This document shows, piece by piece, positions 35,801-46,138 of a DNA stretch of 64,000 nt (position 1 is the stretch's first letter; each line of letters starts with the position of its first letter). The stretch is from Minisyncoccota bacterium (lineage in GTDB: Bacteria > Patescibacteriota > Minisyncoccia > Phycocordibacterales > SBAW01), in the NCBI GenBank assembly GCA_035548815.1, contig DASZSF010000005.1, positions 182,177-246,176 of the forward strand. Reading direction: 5' to 3'. The position numbers and the translations under genes are program-made. The notes under the pieces are model-generated. The model was not told the DNA's origin. It searched no databases and saw only the letters and a program-made list of their open reading frames with translations.

Positions 35801-36645
35801 TATTTTCTTAGTATAGTGCCGCGCAAAAATTTGAACAAAGGAGGTTGGTAGAGCAGGTAGTCTGTGACGAATTGCGCTTTGAAATGTGAGATGCCTTTTC
35901 CGCGTTTGGTGCCGCTCTCATGCGGCGGGACGAATGCTCCGAAATGGAGCACTTCAACATGGCGGGAAAGGGCGTCAGCGAACCAATGGTCAATGAGCCC
36001 GAGCATGACATTGTCCATGCGCTCTTCTTTGAGATAAAAACCGCAGCTGTATGCGCTTGCGCGTCCTTTGCAGCCATCAAACACGGCATGGCCTCCCACT
36101 ATGACGCCGTCGCGTATGCGCTCTGCTCCCCACATCTGTACAGAATCAGGGAATCGCTCAAGGCGAGCTTGTAATTTTTTGAGCTCGTATGTCGGTATCT
36201 CAGAGGCGACGGTGCTTTTGCTATATGCCCGAGCGAACTCATCAAATGAAAGGGAGATTACTCTATATTTTTTATCGAGCAATTCGTCGCGCCACTTTTT
36301 TCGATAGTAGCGAGCAGTTTTTGACCAGCGGGTGAAATAACCGGGCGCGAGCTTGTGATAGCCGATATATATGGACGAGCGTAGCCAGGGTAGCTGCAAC
36401 CATCCGCGCGGCACATCCATGCGCGTTCTCCGATGCCAAACGGCGATGCGGTTTGGACCAGGCGGCGTGTCATGAAGAAGGGGTTCGGTGTTGCTCCGAT
36501 ACTCTTCAAAATATATGGGCCATATGCCATATCGCGCACCGACGGGTGATGCGCCAACAGGCTCTGGTTTTGTAGTGTCTCTAAAGAGTCGGTAGAACAG
36601 ATATTCGGGCCATTCAAAAAGAGAGAGCAGGCGACTATCTTCCAT
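35800..36645 (-). CDS. GNAT/FemAB-like protein (paralog 1)
   Basis: RWSKTARYYRKK, GLIDHWFADALSR..KGISHFKAQF; start codon overlaps tRNA CCA. Confidence 0.6.
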   Translation of the reverse strand: MEDSRLLSLFEWPEYLFYRLFRDTTKPEPVGASPVGARYGIWPIYFEEYRSNTEPLLHDTPPGPNRIAVWHRRTRMDVPRGWLQLPWLRSSIYIGYHKLAPGYFTRWSKTARYYRKKWRDELLDKKYRVISLSFDEFARAYSKSTVASEIPTYELKKLQARLERFPDSVQMWGAERIRDGVIVGGHAVFDGCKGRASAYSCGFYLKEERMDNVMLGLIDHWFADALSRHVEVLHFGAFVPPHESGTKRGKGISHFKAQFVTDYLLYQPPLFKFLRGTILRK

Positions 36646-36730
36646 GGTGCCGGGGGTGGGAATCGAACCCACACGACCTTGCGGTCTGGGGATTTTAAGT
36701 CCCCTATGTCTACCATTTCATCACCCCGGC
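36645..36730 (-). tRNA. tRNA-Leu(TAA)
   Basis: gggga-ctTAAaa-tcccc, encoded CCA. Confidence 0.95.
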
Positions 36731-36736
36731 AAAAAC

Positions 36737-36811
36737 TGGAGGCCACGGAGGGATTCGCACCCTCGCATAACGGTTTTGCAGACCGTCGCGTTGCTTCTTC
36801 GCCACGTGGCC
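36737..36811 (-). tRNA. tRNA-Cys(GCA)
   Basis: acggt-ctGCAaa-accgt, U73, CCA; atypical D and T loops. Confidence 0.88.
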
Positions 36812-36930
36812 AATGGGATAACTTTATCGCACTTCACTTTTTTTAGAAAGGTTTAAAAAATAAAACTCACGAAGTATTGACAAAGTAGAAAATTGTGTAA
36901 TTATTAACTCCGAAACAGTTCGGAGGTGTC

Positions 36931-37518
36931 ATGTCAGTATCAGAAATTATTGGCGGCCTTCCCGTCATCTCAAGTGTCTTGGATCACGGCCCGCTTGTTG
37001 CGGCGTTCGCGACCTTCTTCGTTATGTTCGGGGTTACGTATCCGCTCATATGTTGGGAATGGGGATACTGGCTCCCACTGCGGCGCCTGTATCTCAACTT
37101 CCTGGTATGCGACGCGTTCGTGTACCCTGGCTATATGGCAGTAGCGGCGAGCGTCTTGGCAGATGCCGACCCCGGCAATTTCTGGGCAAGCTCTTCCTGG
37201 CATTGGAGCGTGCTGATTTTGGGCACAGTGCTTTCGCTGGCGGTTTGCTGGTGGGAGATGCGCATAGAAAAGTATCCGCTCGATGTACAGCTGGAGCCCT
37301 GGAAGATCTGGCACACGCTCACGTTCCCAATAGCTTTTTACTGGATCGTGAGTACGCTTCCCATCGTCTTGTTGCAGGGCAAGCTTTGGGCTATTTGTGC
37401 CGTGGTGTCAGGAGCTCTGCTTTTCCTAGCCACGTCGGTGCTCGATGGCTGGCTGCCAGGTACACAGAAAGCTCAACGCCGGCTCATGCAGGTGTTGAGT
37501 TCAATAGGAGTCCTATGA
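36931..37518 (+). CDS. Trp-rich polytopic membrane protein (orphan cassette)
   Basis: About five TMs; TTGACA 36877-36882 and GGAGG SD. Confidence 0.75.
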   Translation: MSVSEIIGGLPVISSVLDHGPLVAAFATFFVMFGVTYPLICWEWGYWLPLRRLYLNFLVCDAFVYPGYMAVAASVLADADPGNFWASSSWHWSVLILGTVLSLAVCWWEMRIEKYPLDVQLEPWKIWHTLTFPIAFYWIVSTLPIVLLQGKLWAICAVVSGALLFLATSVLDGWLPGTQKAQRRLMQVLSSIGVL

Positions 37519-37533
37519 GGGCTCCTATTCTTT

Positions 37534-37851
37534 TTATGAAATTTCGTCGAGGCGCTGGCGGTTCTTTTCGCCTAAGTCTATTTTGAACTCGAAAAAGGGA
37601 GGGAAGGCACCGCGGATCTTGGTGCGGAAGAAGTCCGCTAATTCGCGGCGGTTGCGCTGTGCAAAATCGAGCGCAGCGGCTTCAGCCTTTTCCGGCAAAA
37701 CGGTGATAAAGATGGTTGCGCTCTTGGCATCGGACGACAGCATGACGCGCGTTACGGTAATGAGCGACTGCGGCCCGGCCTCCTTTGCCAAGAATTCGGC
37801 AGCGACTTCGTGCACGGCTGTCTGAATTTTTTCGTTGCGATTTCCCTCCAT
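37534..37851 (-). CDS. rbfA: Ribosome-binding factor A
   Basis: LITVTRVMLSSD..ATIFITV..PFFEFKID; follows infB. Confidence 0.88.
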   Translation of the reverse strand: MEGNRNEKIQTAVHEVAAEFLAKEAGPQSLITVTRVMLSSDAKSATIFITVLPEKAEAAALDFAQRNRRELADFFRTKIRGAFPPFFEFKIDLGEKNRQRLDEIS

Positions 37852-37878
37852 GATTTGTTTTTCAATTTATGGTGAGTC

Positions 37879-39459
37879 TTATCGAATCACAACCTCAAAC
37901 GATTCAATAGTGTCGCCGGCAGCTGGTTCAAAATCTATTTTGAGCATTGCGCCAAACTCGCTGCCTTTTTCAACTTTCTTTACGTCTACTTTTTGCGACT
38001 GAAGGCCGGTGATTGAGCCGCGGCCGATTTCCATATCGCGACGCATTATTTTGATGTCCTCACCTACAGAAATCTCGCCTTCGTCGACACGGCCGCCGAG
38101 CACAACTTTGTTTTTAACAACGCTGAATACTTTCAAGATTTTTGCCGAGCCGGTCTTTTCTTCCATGTTGGCACGTGGGCGGCGCTTCTCAACTTCTTCT
38201 TCAAGCCATTTTGCGAGTTCGTAGATGATAGAGAAGGTTGCCACAGTGACACCTATGCATTCTGCAGTTTGTGCTGCGTCGCGGTCGACTTTGACATTGA
38301 ACCCAATGATGATGCCTGGAGTCTTGCCGCTGCCAACGAGCTGTACGTCCTTTTCTGTCACGGTGCCAGTGCCGCGGCCAACGATGCGGACTTCAAGCCG
38401 TTCATGCTTCGGAAGCTTATCGAGTTCGTGTATGACTGCGTCTCCCGTGCCCGCGAAGTCTGTCTTGATGACTATAGGGAGGGAGAGAATTTCTATATCT
38501 TCGGCACCAGAGGCTGTTTCCGGGTACACAGATTCCTTGCTAGGAATCTGCTCAGTCCTCGCGCCGTCGCGCTGTGGAGCCCCGGAAACAGCCCTGCTGC
38601 CTGCGCTTCGTTTGTACTCCGCTACTTCATTATCCGCTTCTTTCTTGCTCTCAACACAACGCCACGTGCTGCCAATTGTAGGCAGGGTAGAGAAGCCGAC
38701 GATGCGGATAGGGCTGCCAGGCAACGCCTCTTTAATTGGTTTGCCAACGTAGTTTTCCATGATGCGCACTGGTGCAAACGAGTCGCCTGACACGACGAAC
38801 TCGCCCGACTCAACAGTGCCGTTTTGCACAATGAGCGTTGCGGTATTGCCGCGCTTTTGGTCGAGGTGTGCTTCAATCACGAGTCCAGAACCTGGGAGGT
38901 CCGGATCGACTGAAAGTCCTTCAAGTTCGCCTGCGAGCAAAATTAAGTCGAGAAGTTCAGGAATACCTTCGCCGCTTTTGCTCGACACCCCGATGAACGG
39001 AACTTCGCCGCCCAATCCTTCCAAATAAATGCCGTTTTCAAGCAGCGACATCTTTGCTTTTTCAACATCAGCGCCAGGCTTGTCTATTTTTGTGATAGCG
39101 ACGATGTAGGGGATCTTTGTTTCTTCGATAAGTTTTACTGCTTCGAGCGTTTGCGGTTTAGCGCCGTCTTCAGCAGAGACAACGAGCACGGCAACATCTG
39201 CGACTTCCAGCCCGCGTGAACGCATTGCGCGAAACGCTTCGTGCCCCGGCGTGTCCAAAAAAGTGATACGATGCGTACCGCTCGTGTTCGTATGCTCTGC
39301 TTCGTATGCAGAAAGATGCTGCGTAATGCCGCCCGCTTCACCTTCAACAGTGTTAGTCTTGCGGATGTAGTCCAGCAAGGTGCTTTTGCCGTGGTCGATA
39401 TGGCCAACAACGGCGACTATGGGCGGGCGTTCCCGCGTTTTGGCGGTTTCAGGTGACAT
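37879..39459 (-). CDS. infB: Translation initiation factor IF-2 (no N-terminal domains)
   Basis: [37 protein letters not shown]. Confidence 0.97.
   Translation of the reverse strand: MSPETAKTRERPPIVAVVGHIDHGKSTLLDYIRKTNTVEGEAGGITQHLSAYEAEHTNTSGTHRITFLDTPGHEAFRAMRSRGLEVADVAVLVVSAEDGAKPQTLEAVKLIEETKIPYIVAITKIDKPGADVEKAKMSLLENGIYLEGLGGEVPFIGVSSKSGEGIPELLDLILLAGELEGLSVDPDLPGSGLVIEAHLDQKRGNTATLIVQNGTVESGEFVVSGDSFAPVRIMENYVGKPIKEALPGSPIRIVGFSTLPTIGSTWRCVESKKEADNEVAEYKRSAGSRAVSGAPQRDGARTEQIPSKESVYPETASGAEDIEILSLPIVIKTDFAGTGDAVIHELDKLPKHERLEVRIVGRGTGTVTEKDVQLVGSGKTPGIIIGFNVKVDRDAAQTAECIGVTVATFSIIYELAKWLEEEVEKRRPRANMEEKTGSAKILKVFSVVKNKVVLGGRVDEGEISVGEDIKIMRRDMEIGRGSITGLQSQKVDVKKVEKGSEFGAMLKIDFEPAAGDTIESFEVVIR
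38503..38601. repeat. 99-nt branched palindromic element, in frame within infB
   Basis: ggctgtttccggg/cccggaaacagcc outer stem; cagattcct-TGCT-aggaatctg; gcgc-CGTC-gcgc. Confidence 0.85.
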
Positions 39460-39467
39460 GGTAGGTA

Positions 39468-40004
39468 TTAGTTCGCTGCGGGGCGTTTGTGTGCGGCAAG
39501 CGACTGCTTTGCTTTTTCTATCGCCTCGCGTTCTTCAGCGGTCAGTTCAAATGTCGATGCGCCTTTTTCGAGCGGCTTGGCGTAGACGCCGACGTGGTTG
39601 CGCGAATACAGAGTTGAAAATACCACACCAGAATGGTGTTCGTCAATGAATGCGGCAGAAAAACTTTGATTGCCGCCCGCGCCATTTCCTGCAAATGCAT
39701 TGAAGCGCACAACTCCAACTCCTTGCACAGAACCGCGCAAGCGCGACTCGGCGAGCTTCAAATATTTTTCGAGCTCTGCACGGAAGTTTTGAAGTTCGCG
39801 CATATCGCGCAAAAGTATTGAGATGCTTTCTTCAATGGAACCATTGCGGCCCAGCGCCAGCCGTGTCAGGCGGCGCCGCAGCGATAGTTGAAGAATGAGC
39901 GCCATGACGGCCAAGATGAAAGCCCCGGCTGCAAGCCACGGCGCGGCAAGCCCCAGCCAATAGGCAGCCTTGAGAAAATATGTATGGGCTAGAGCAACCG
40001 ACAT
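39468..40004 (-). CDS. DUF4446-like protein
   Basis: TM plus coiled coil, VGVVRFNAF..GGNQSFSAA..VYAKPL..LTAEEREAI. Confidence 0.8.
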   Translation of the reverse strand: MSVALAHTYFLKAAYWLGLAAPWLAAGAFILAVMALILQLSLRRRLTRLALGRNGSIEESISILLRDMRELQNFRAELEKYLKLAESRLRGSVQGVGVVRFNAFAGNGAGGNQSFSAAFIDEHHSGVVFSTLYSRNHVGVYAKPLEKGASTFELTAEEREAIEKAKQSLAAHKRPAAN

Positions 40005-40010
40005 GAAAAC

Positions 40011-40020
40011 CAGTATACTG
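40011..40020. promoter_or_regulatory. Palindromic -10 element shared by two divergent genes
   Basis: CAGTATACTG gives TATACT on both strands, each 7 nt from an ATG. Confidence 0.7.
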
Positions 40021-40026
40021 AACATA

Positions 40027-41214
40027 ATGCTATTTAAAAAGAAGCGCATATACGCCGACGCAGCTGCGGCAACCCCGATTTCTCCTCGAGCAAAAGCCGA
40101 GCTCATCCGGCTTTTAGATGTCTATGGCAACGCCGGTGCGTTACATACAGAAGGGGTGGCCGCAAAAAATGAGTTAGAGAAAGCCAGAGAAGTCGTGGCA
40201 AAAAGCATTGGCGCTCATGCCAATGAAATTGTATTCACCGGCAGTGGCACGGAAGGCAATAACTTAGCCTTGCAGGGGATTTTGCGTCCTTTGTTGCGTG
40301 CAGGAAAAAAAGTTCATGCAATAACGAGTGTTATAGAACATTCATCAGTGCTCGAGCCACTGCGCGCACTTTCACGCGAAGGCTTGATGCTTACAGAATT
40401 GCCGGTAGATAGCGAAGGCCTCGTTTCAGTAAAAGAATTTGCAGACGCAATTACAGAAGATACTGTGCTTGTTTCTATTCAATATATAAATAGTGAGATA
40501 GGCACTGTTGAACCGTTGCGCGAAATTGCAAAAGAAATTCGTTACGCACGAAAACAGCGAACAAGCGGCTTGCCACTGTACTTTCATACCGACGCATCGC
40601 AAGCACCTATGTGGTTCGACATAAAAGTAGAACGGCTGGGCGTTGATCTTTTGACACTCGATGCTCAAAAAATAATGGGTCCAAAAGGAGTGGGCGCTCT
40701 ATATATACATCGAGGTGTCTCGATAGAGCCAGTGCTATCAGGGAGTAAACAAGAACGAGGGTTGCGCGGGGGCACAGAAAACATTCCGCTCGTCGGCGCA
40801 TTTGCTACGGCACTCGCTGATGTGTCTATTGGTATTGAAGACCGAGCTGCGAGAGTGGCAGAGGTGCGGAATTATATGTGGAAAGAAATACAAGAACGTG
40901 TACCTGATGCCGTTCTTAATGGGCCTTCATTTGAACATCGTGCGCCTAACAATTTAAATATTTCTATACCAGGTTTGGATAGAGAGATGGCGGTCATCGG
41001 GTTAGATGCAGAAGGCATTGCTATTACTACACGTTCGGCATGCAATGTTGCCGACAGCGAACTTTCGTATGTCGTTGTGGCGCTCGGTCAGGGTGAAGAA
41101 CAAGCGAAAGGCGCTGTTCGAATTACACTGTTGCCCGACGCTACGAAGGCAGATGCTGTTGCTATTGCCAACGCATTTCAAAAAATTGCAAAACGATATA
41201 AAAACGTTGTATAA
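40027..41214 (+). CDS. iscS: Cysteine desulfurase (IscS/NifS family)
   Basis: FTGSGTEGNN, IEHSSV, HTDASQA, QKIMGPKGVG, RGGTEN, TRSAC. Confidence 0.88.
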   Translation: MLFKKKRIYADAAAATPISPRAKAELIRLLDVYGNAGALHTEGVAAKNELEKAREVVAKSIGAHANEIVFTGSGTEGNNLALQGILRPLLRAGKKVHAITSVIEHSSVLEPLRALSREGLMLTELPVDSEGLVSVKEFADAITEDTVLVSIQYINSEIGTVEPLREIAKEIRYARKQRTSGLPLYFHTDASQAPMWFDIKVERLGVDLLTLDAQKIMGPKGVGALYIHRGVSIEPVLSGSKQERGLRGGTENIPLVGAFATALADVSIGIEDRAARVAEVRNYMWKEIQERVPDAVLNGPSFEHRAPNNLNISIPGLDREMAVIGLDAEGIAITTRSACNVADSELSYVVVALGQGEEQAKGAVRITLLPDATKADAVAIANAFQKIAKRYKNVV

Positions 41215-41223
41215 TTGAGCGTA

Positions 41224-42018
41224 ATGGACCTCGAACACCTGACCAAACATCAAGTGATATTGCTCACGCTGTTGGTCAGCCTCGTGACTTCCATTGTGAC
41301 GGGCATTGTTACCGTATCGCTCATGAATCAGGCGCCTCAGGGTGTCACCCGCACGATTAACCAGATCGTTGAACACACCGTGCAAACCGTCGTTCCAGCC
41401 ACCCAAGGCGCAGCAGCGGCTACCGTTACGACAGAAAAAACAGTTGTCGTGAAAGACGACGACCTCACGGCCCAGTCTATTGCCGCAGTCCAAAAAGCCA
41501 TTGTCCGCATCACTGCACATGGCGATGATGCACTGGTTGCGCGCGGAGTCATTGTCGACTCGGCAGGCACTGCGCTCACCGACAGCGACGCGCTCAAGAG
41601 CTCGGGCGCAAAAGAGTTTGACGCGATCCTTTCAGACGGTTCGCGCGTCCCGGCCACTGTCATAGCGCCGGCAACCTCAAGCCCTATTGGCATGGTGACG
41701 GTGGCCTATGGGACGTCCACTGCGGTCACTGCAATAAAAATGGCTGATGTAAGTAAGGTAGCGTTGGGCCAAAGCGTCATCCGCATAGGCGGCAAAGGTG
41801 CAGATACGGTTGGCACGGGCGTCGTTGCAGCACTGCCAGGCAAAGGTTCCGACATTGAAGCAAGCGTTACGTCCGCAACTCCAGGCTCTATCCTTATGAC
41901 GATCTTTGGCGAACTCATTGGCATTTCAACGGCCGATTCTCTGACAGACGGTGCCGACTTCTATACCGTTCCGAAAGCTCCCGAACCCGACCCTAAACCA
42001 GTTCCGAAAACGCAGTAG
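41224..42018 (+). CDS. Trypsin/HtrA-like protein with degenerate catalytic motifs
   Basis: TM anchor; ARGVIVDSAGTALTDSDAL, LGQSVIRIG, PGSILMTIFGELIGI follow the HtrA layout without catalytic His or GNSGG. Confidence 0.6.
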   Translation: MDLEHLTKHQVILLTLLVSLVTSIVTGIVTVSLMNQAPQGVTRTINQIVEHTVQTVVPATQGAAAATVTTEKTVVVKDDDLTAQSIAAVQKAIVRITAHGDDALVARGVIVDSAGTALTDSDALKSSGAKEFDAILSDGSRVPATVIAPATSSPIGMVTVAYGTSTAVTAIKMADVSKVALGQSVIRIGGKGADTVGTGVVAALPGKGSDIEASVTSATPGSILMTIFGELIGISTADSLTDGADFYTVPKAPEPDPKPVPKTQ

Positions 42019-42041
42019 TTACTAGCTAAATACAAAACCGT

Positions 42042-44726
42042 ATGCCTCCATTCAATCATTTCACTACGAAAGCAAAAGAGGCCGTCCGCCGAGCCCATGA
42101 ACTCGCGGTCGAACGCGGCCAAAATCAGGTAAGCCCGATGCACTTGTTGGGCGCTCTTCTGCTGCAGGAAGAATCGCTCGTCGTCACCATTGTTGAAAAG
42201 CTCGAAGTGGACATGGTGCTTCTCACAGACACCGTGCTAGAAAACTTGGAAGGGAATGCAGGCGGTGCGACACTTTCGCCCTCCTACCAGCTGTACCTCA
42301 CGCCCGAACTTGTGCAGGCGCTTGAACGTTCTGCAAAAGTGGCGACAGAACTCCACGACGAATTCGTCTCATGCGAGCATTTGTTAATTGCTATTTTGGA
42401 TGTGCCGGGCGCTGCACGCGAAACACTGGCTCGCTTCCGCATCACGCGCGAATCCGTGCTGCGCGCATTGTCCGAGCTTAAATCCTCAAAAGTTGCGACT
42501 GCAGCGCCAGAGAAAAAGAATCGTGCACTCACCAAGTACACCCGCTCGCTTACAAAGATGGCGGCCGAGAACAAACTCGACCCGGTCATCGGCCGCGACG
42601 AGGAAATAAAACGCGTCATCCAGATTCTTTCGCGCCGGACCAAGAACAACCCGATACTCATCGGCGAGGCGGGTGTTGGAAAGACCGCCATTGCAGAAGG
42701 GTTGGCTAGCCGTATAGCAGCTGGCGATGTCCCAGACTCGCTCCGCGATAAAGAACTTGTATCGCTCGACTTGGGTGCACTCATTGCAGGCACCAAGTAC
42801 CGCGGCGAATTTGAAGAGCGCTTGAAGGCGATAATGAAAGAGATCGAACGCTCTGAAGGCAAAGTACTGCTCTTCATCGACGAGATTCATACCATGATTG
42901 GTGCAGGTGCCGCAGAAGGTGCAATGGATGCGTCCAACATGCTGAAGCCGGCACTTGCACGCGGCGACATCCATGTCATTGGCGCAACCACGCTCCGCGA
43001 ATATCAAAAGCATATTGAACGCGATCCGGCATTCCAACGCCGCTTTCAACCGGTGTACGTCCTTGAACCAGGCGTTGAAGACGCAACCGCGATCTTGCGC
43101 GGCCTCAAAGAAAAATATGAACTTTTCCACGGTGTGCATATTACCGACGACGCGCTTGTGGGCGCAGTCGAACTTTCGGCCCGCTACATTCCGGACCGCT
43201 TCTTGCCCGATAAGGCAATCGACCTTATTGACGAGGCGTCATCGGCGTTGCGCATTAGCTTGGAAAACAAACCGCCTGCGCTTGAAGATGCGCACCGCAA
43301 AATCATGCGCTTGGAAGTTGAAAAGGAGGCGCTGCGCAAAGAGGCTGCTGAAGAAGGCGACAGCGCAGCAAAGAGCCGCACCAAAACAATTGAGAAAGAC
43401 ATTGCAGATTTGAAGGAAAAGACCGGCGAACTTGAAATGCGCTGGAAGAACGAAAAGCAGGTCCTGCTCGACATCAAAGCGATAAAGAAGGAATTGGAAA
43501 CGCTCCGCATGGAAGCAGACTCGGCTGAAGCGAGCGTGGATCTTTCGCGTGCGGCAGAGATCCGCTACGGCGAGATCCCAAGCCTCGAGCGCGATTTGGA
43601 GCAAAAGACAAAACGCTTGAAAAAGCTCCAAAGCACGCGTCGCATATTGAAGGAAGAAATTACTGAAACCGACATCGCAAGCGTTGTGTCGAAGTGGACG
43701 GGCATTCCTGTCTCGCGCATGCTTGAAGAGGAGGCTGAAAAGCTTTCGCGTATTGAAAACGTGCTTGAATCTCGCGTCGTGGGCCAAAAAGAGGCAGTGC
43801 AAAAAGTTGCCGATGCAGTAAAGCGCTCGCGCGCAGGCATCGCAGACCCGAACCGCCCCATCGCGTCTTTCATGTTCTTGGGCCCAACGGGCGTCGGCAA
43901 AACAGAACTTACGCGCGCATTGGCAGAGTTTATGTTCGACGACGAAAAGGCGCTGATCCGCGTCGATATGTCCGAATATATGGAAAAGCATTCGGTTAGC
44001 AAAATAATCGGCGCGCCTCCGGGCTATGTTGGCCACGAAGAGGGTGGGGCACTCACAGAACTTGTCCGCCACCGTCCGTATTCAGTGCTGTTGTTCGACG
44101 AAATTGAAAAAGCGCACCCAGAAGTATTCAACATCCTTCTGCAGGTGCTCGACAACGGTACGCTCACCGATGCAAAGGGCCGTCATGTGAACTTTCGCAA
44201 CACGATAATCATCATGACGAGCAACATCGGCGCCCAGTACATCGACAAGATGGAACAGCTCGGGTTCGCGGCATCGGCGACGGACGCAGCCAACTACGCG
44301 ATGGCGAAGGACCGCGTCGGCCAGGCGCTCAAGGACTACTTCCGCCCCGAATTCTTGAACCGCATCGACGAAATAATCATCTTCAACATTTTGGGTCCGG
44401 ACGCAATTCAGGAAATTGTTGGCATTCAAGTCAAAGAGGTCGTCGAGCGATTGGCGCAAAAGCATATCACGCTCACTATCAACAAAGGCGTGTACGAATA
44501 TTTGGCAAAAGAAGGATACAACCCGCACTACGGCGCCCGCCCGCTCCGCCGACTCATTCAAGATAAGATTCTTACGAAGGTTGCATCACTTATGGTCAGC
44601 CGCGGTGTGCTTTCAGGCGGCAGCGTGACTGTCGATATCAAGGCAGGGGAATTTGTCTTCGATGTAAAGAAAGGTCCGAAGGGTCGCACAAAGGTAGTAG
44701 CCTCAAACGAACTCCAAGCGGTCTAA
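42042..44726 (+). CDS. clpB: ClpB chaperone
   Basis: Two AAA+ modules ([16 protein letters not shown]), long middle coiled coil, RAAEIRYG. Confidence 0.93.
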   Translation: MPPFNHFTTKAKEAVRRAHELAVERGQNQVSPMHLLGALLLQEESLVVTIVEKLEVDMVLLTDTVLENLEGNAGGATLSPSYQLYLTPELVQALERSAKVATELHDEFVSCEHLLIAILDVPGAARETLARFRITRESVLRALSELKSSKVATAAPEKKNRALTKYTRSLTKMAAENKLDPVIGRDEEIKRVIQILSRRTKNNPILIGEAGVGKTAIAEGLASRIAAGDVPDSLRDKELVSLDLGALIAGTKYRGEFEERLKAIMKEIERSEGKVLLFIDEIHTMIGAGAAEGAMDASNMLKPALARGDIHVIGATTLREYQKHIERDPAFQRRFQPVYVLEPGVEDATAILRGLKEKYELFHGVHITDDALVGAVELSARYIPDRFLPDKAIDLIDEASSALRISLENKPPALEDAHRKIMRLEVEKEALRKEAAEEGDSAAKSRTKTIEKDIADLKEKTGELEMRWKNEKQVLLDIKAIKKELETLRMEADSAEASVDLSRAAEIRYGEIPSLERDLEQKTKRLKKLQSTRRILKEEITETDIASVVSKWTGIPVSRMLEEEAEKLSRIENVLESRVVGQKEAVQKVADAVKRSRAGIADPNRPIASFMFLGPTGVGKTELTRALAEFMFDDEKALIRVDMSEYMEKHSVSKIIGAPPGYVGHEEGGALTELVRHRPYSVLLFDEIEKAHPEVFNILLQVLDNGTLTDAKGRHVNFRNTIIIMTSNIGAQYIDKMEQLGFAASATDAANYAMAKDRVGQALKDYFRPEFLNRIDEIIIFNILGPDAIQEIVGIQVKEVVERLAQKHITLTINKGVYEYLAKEGYNPHYGARPLRRLIQDKILTKVASLMVSRGVLSGGSVTVDIKAGEFVFDVKKGPKGRTKVVASNELQAV

Positions 44727-44750
44727 CAATTAGAGATATATAAAGCAAGA

Positions 44751-44788
44751 ACCCCGCACCAGACAATGTCTAGTAGCGGGGCTTTTTG
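44751..44788. terminator. Terminator between clpB and the convergent peptide gene
   Basis: ccccgc..agaca a tgtct..gcgggg followed by ttttt. Confidence 0.65.
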
Positions 44789-44804
44789 CGTCACAGCGTT
44801 CGCG

Positions 44805-44915
44805 TTATGCGAGGCTGTCAACGTAGTTGCACAGGTCGACGATGACCTGATCGATGCTGAGAATGAACGCAGCATAGTTGCAGAGGTCGTCGACGATCTG
44901 GTCGATGGTGGTCAT
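44805..44915 (-). CDS. 36-aa internally duplicated peptide
   Basis: TTGACA-N17-TATTAT (45001 to 44973), AAGGAG SD; IDQIVDDLCNY / IDQVIVDLCNY repeat. Confidence 0.6.
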   Translation of the reverse strand: MTTIDQIVDDLCNYAAFILSIDQVIVDLCNYVDSLA

Positions 44916-45083
44916 GGTGTGTCTCCTTGCAGGGGCCTTGGGATCGATTCCCGCAGCTGTCTTTCGTATGTAATAATACACTATATTACTATACTTGTCA
45001 AGTACCCCAAAAAAGCCCAAAAATAAGGCAAAAACAGTCGACAAAAACCCCGAAACGATGTATTTTATACATGTTCGATATAT

Positions 45084-45169
45084 GCGTCGGTGGTAGAGTG
45101 GTCAATTACACTTGGCTGTAAACCAAGCGCCTCACGGCTACGTAGGTTCGAATCCTACCCGGCGCACCA
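45084..45169 (+). tRNA. tRNA-Tyr(GTA)
   Basis: cttgg-ctGTAaa-ccaag, variable arm, CCA. Confidence 0.95.
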
Positions 45170-45195
45170 AACAACAGTGCTACAATTATTGTGTA

Positions 45196-46137
45196 ATGAA
45201 AGTGTTTAAGAGCCCGCTCTTTTGGTTTGGCGTATTTTTTCTGACACCTGCGGCAGTTGTGTTCGGGGCTGATGCGCTGACGCCCTGCGGTACGCTCGCG
45301 TTTACGGGGTCGTATGGCCCTGGGTACTTTCTCTCGGCGACCAGCTGTAACTTTTGCTATTTAGCCAAGCTCATCCAAAATATCGTGAATTTTTTGCTGA
45401 TGGTCGCCATCCCGATTTCCGTGGCGATGTTTGCTTGGGCAGGCGTTATGTACTTTACGGCAGGGGGGAATCCGGCGCGGGCTGAACGTGGGCGCAAGAT
45501 TTTTGCTGCAGTATTGTTGGGCTTCTGCATCGCGCTTGGTGCCTGGCTGTTCGTGCAGGTGTTTCTCCAAACGGTAACGAATCCTAATTTCTTCAGCGCA
45601 AACAACTGGATAAATCTTGATTGCAGTACCTTCAATGATCAGCGTTCCCGCAATGTGTCCATCAGCACGGTGCTTTCTGGAAACGGACTTGCGCCTTCGA
45701 CTGTGACAAGCGACCCAACGAGTCCGACTCTAGCGCCACCGCCTGACAGTGGTGAAATTCAGGCAGCTATTTCACAAGCAACAAGTCGTTATATTGGCAC
45801 AGTAACCACTGCCGGTCCAGGTGGGGGAAATTTAGCATGCGCATGGGCGGTAAATAATATTCTCGGCAGCGCAGGCATTTCATCAATTGATGGCGATAGT
45901 GTGCCGGACATGGAGACAGTGCTCAAATCTGGAAGAGGGCAGCCCGTTGACCAGTCGCAAGGCCAGCCGGGTGATATCGTTATACAGGGGAACCAATGGC
46001 ATGTCGGAATTTGCCAAGATGTTGGGTGCACCCGAGTTATATCAAACTCCTCTGGCGCGCGCAGTTTTACGAACGACCAAACGATGTCTGCGTTTTCAAG
46101 AGGTGCGCAAAGCCGTGTATACCGTGTAGTAAATTAA
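45196..46137 (+). CDS. Pilin fused to C-terminal NlpC/P60 (CHAP-like) Cys-His domain
   Basis: Pilin core FAWAGVMYFTAGGNPARAERGRKIF; C-terminus GNLACAWAV..QPGDIVI..WHVGI..ISNSS. Confidence 0.8.
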   Translation: MKVFKSPLFWFGVFFLTPAAVVFGADALTPCGTLAFTGSYGPGYFLSATSCNFCYLAKLIQNIVNFLLMVAIPISVAMFAWAGVMYFTAGGNPARAERGRKIFAAVLLGFCIALGAWLFVQVFLQTVTNPNFFSANNWINLDCSTFNDQRSRNVSISTVLSGNGLAPSTVTSDPTSPTLAPPPDSGEIQAAISQATSRYIGTVTTAGPGGGNLACAWAVNNILGSAGISSIDGDSVPDMETVLKSGRGQPVDQSQGQPGDIVIQGNQWHVGICQDVGCTRVISNSSGARSFTNDQTMSAFSRGAQSRVYRVVN

Positions 46138-46138
46138 T

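Noticed and set aside
42284-44561. Several 145-277 aa minus-strand ORFs
   Set aside because: All antisense to clpB.
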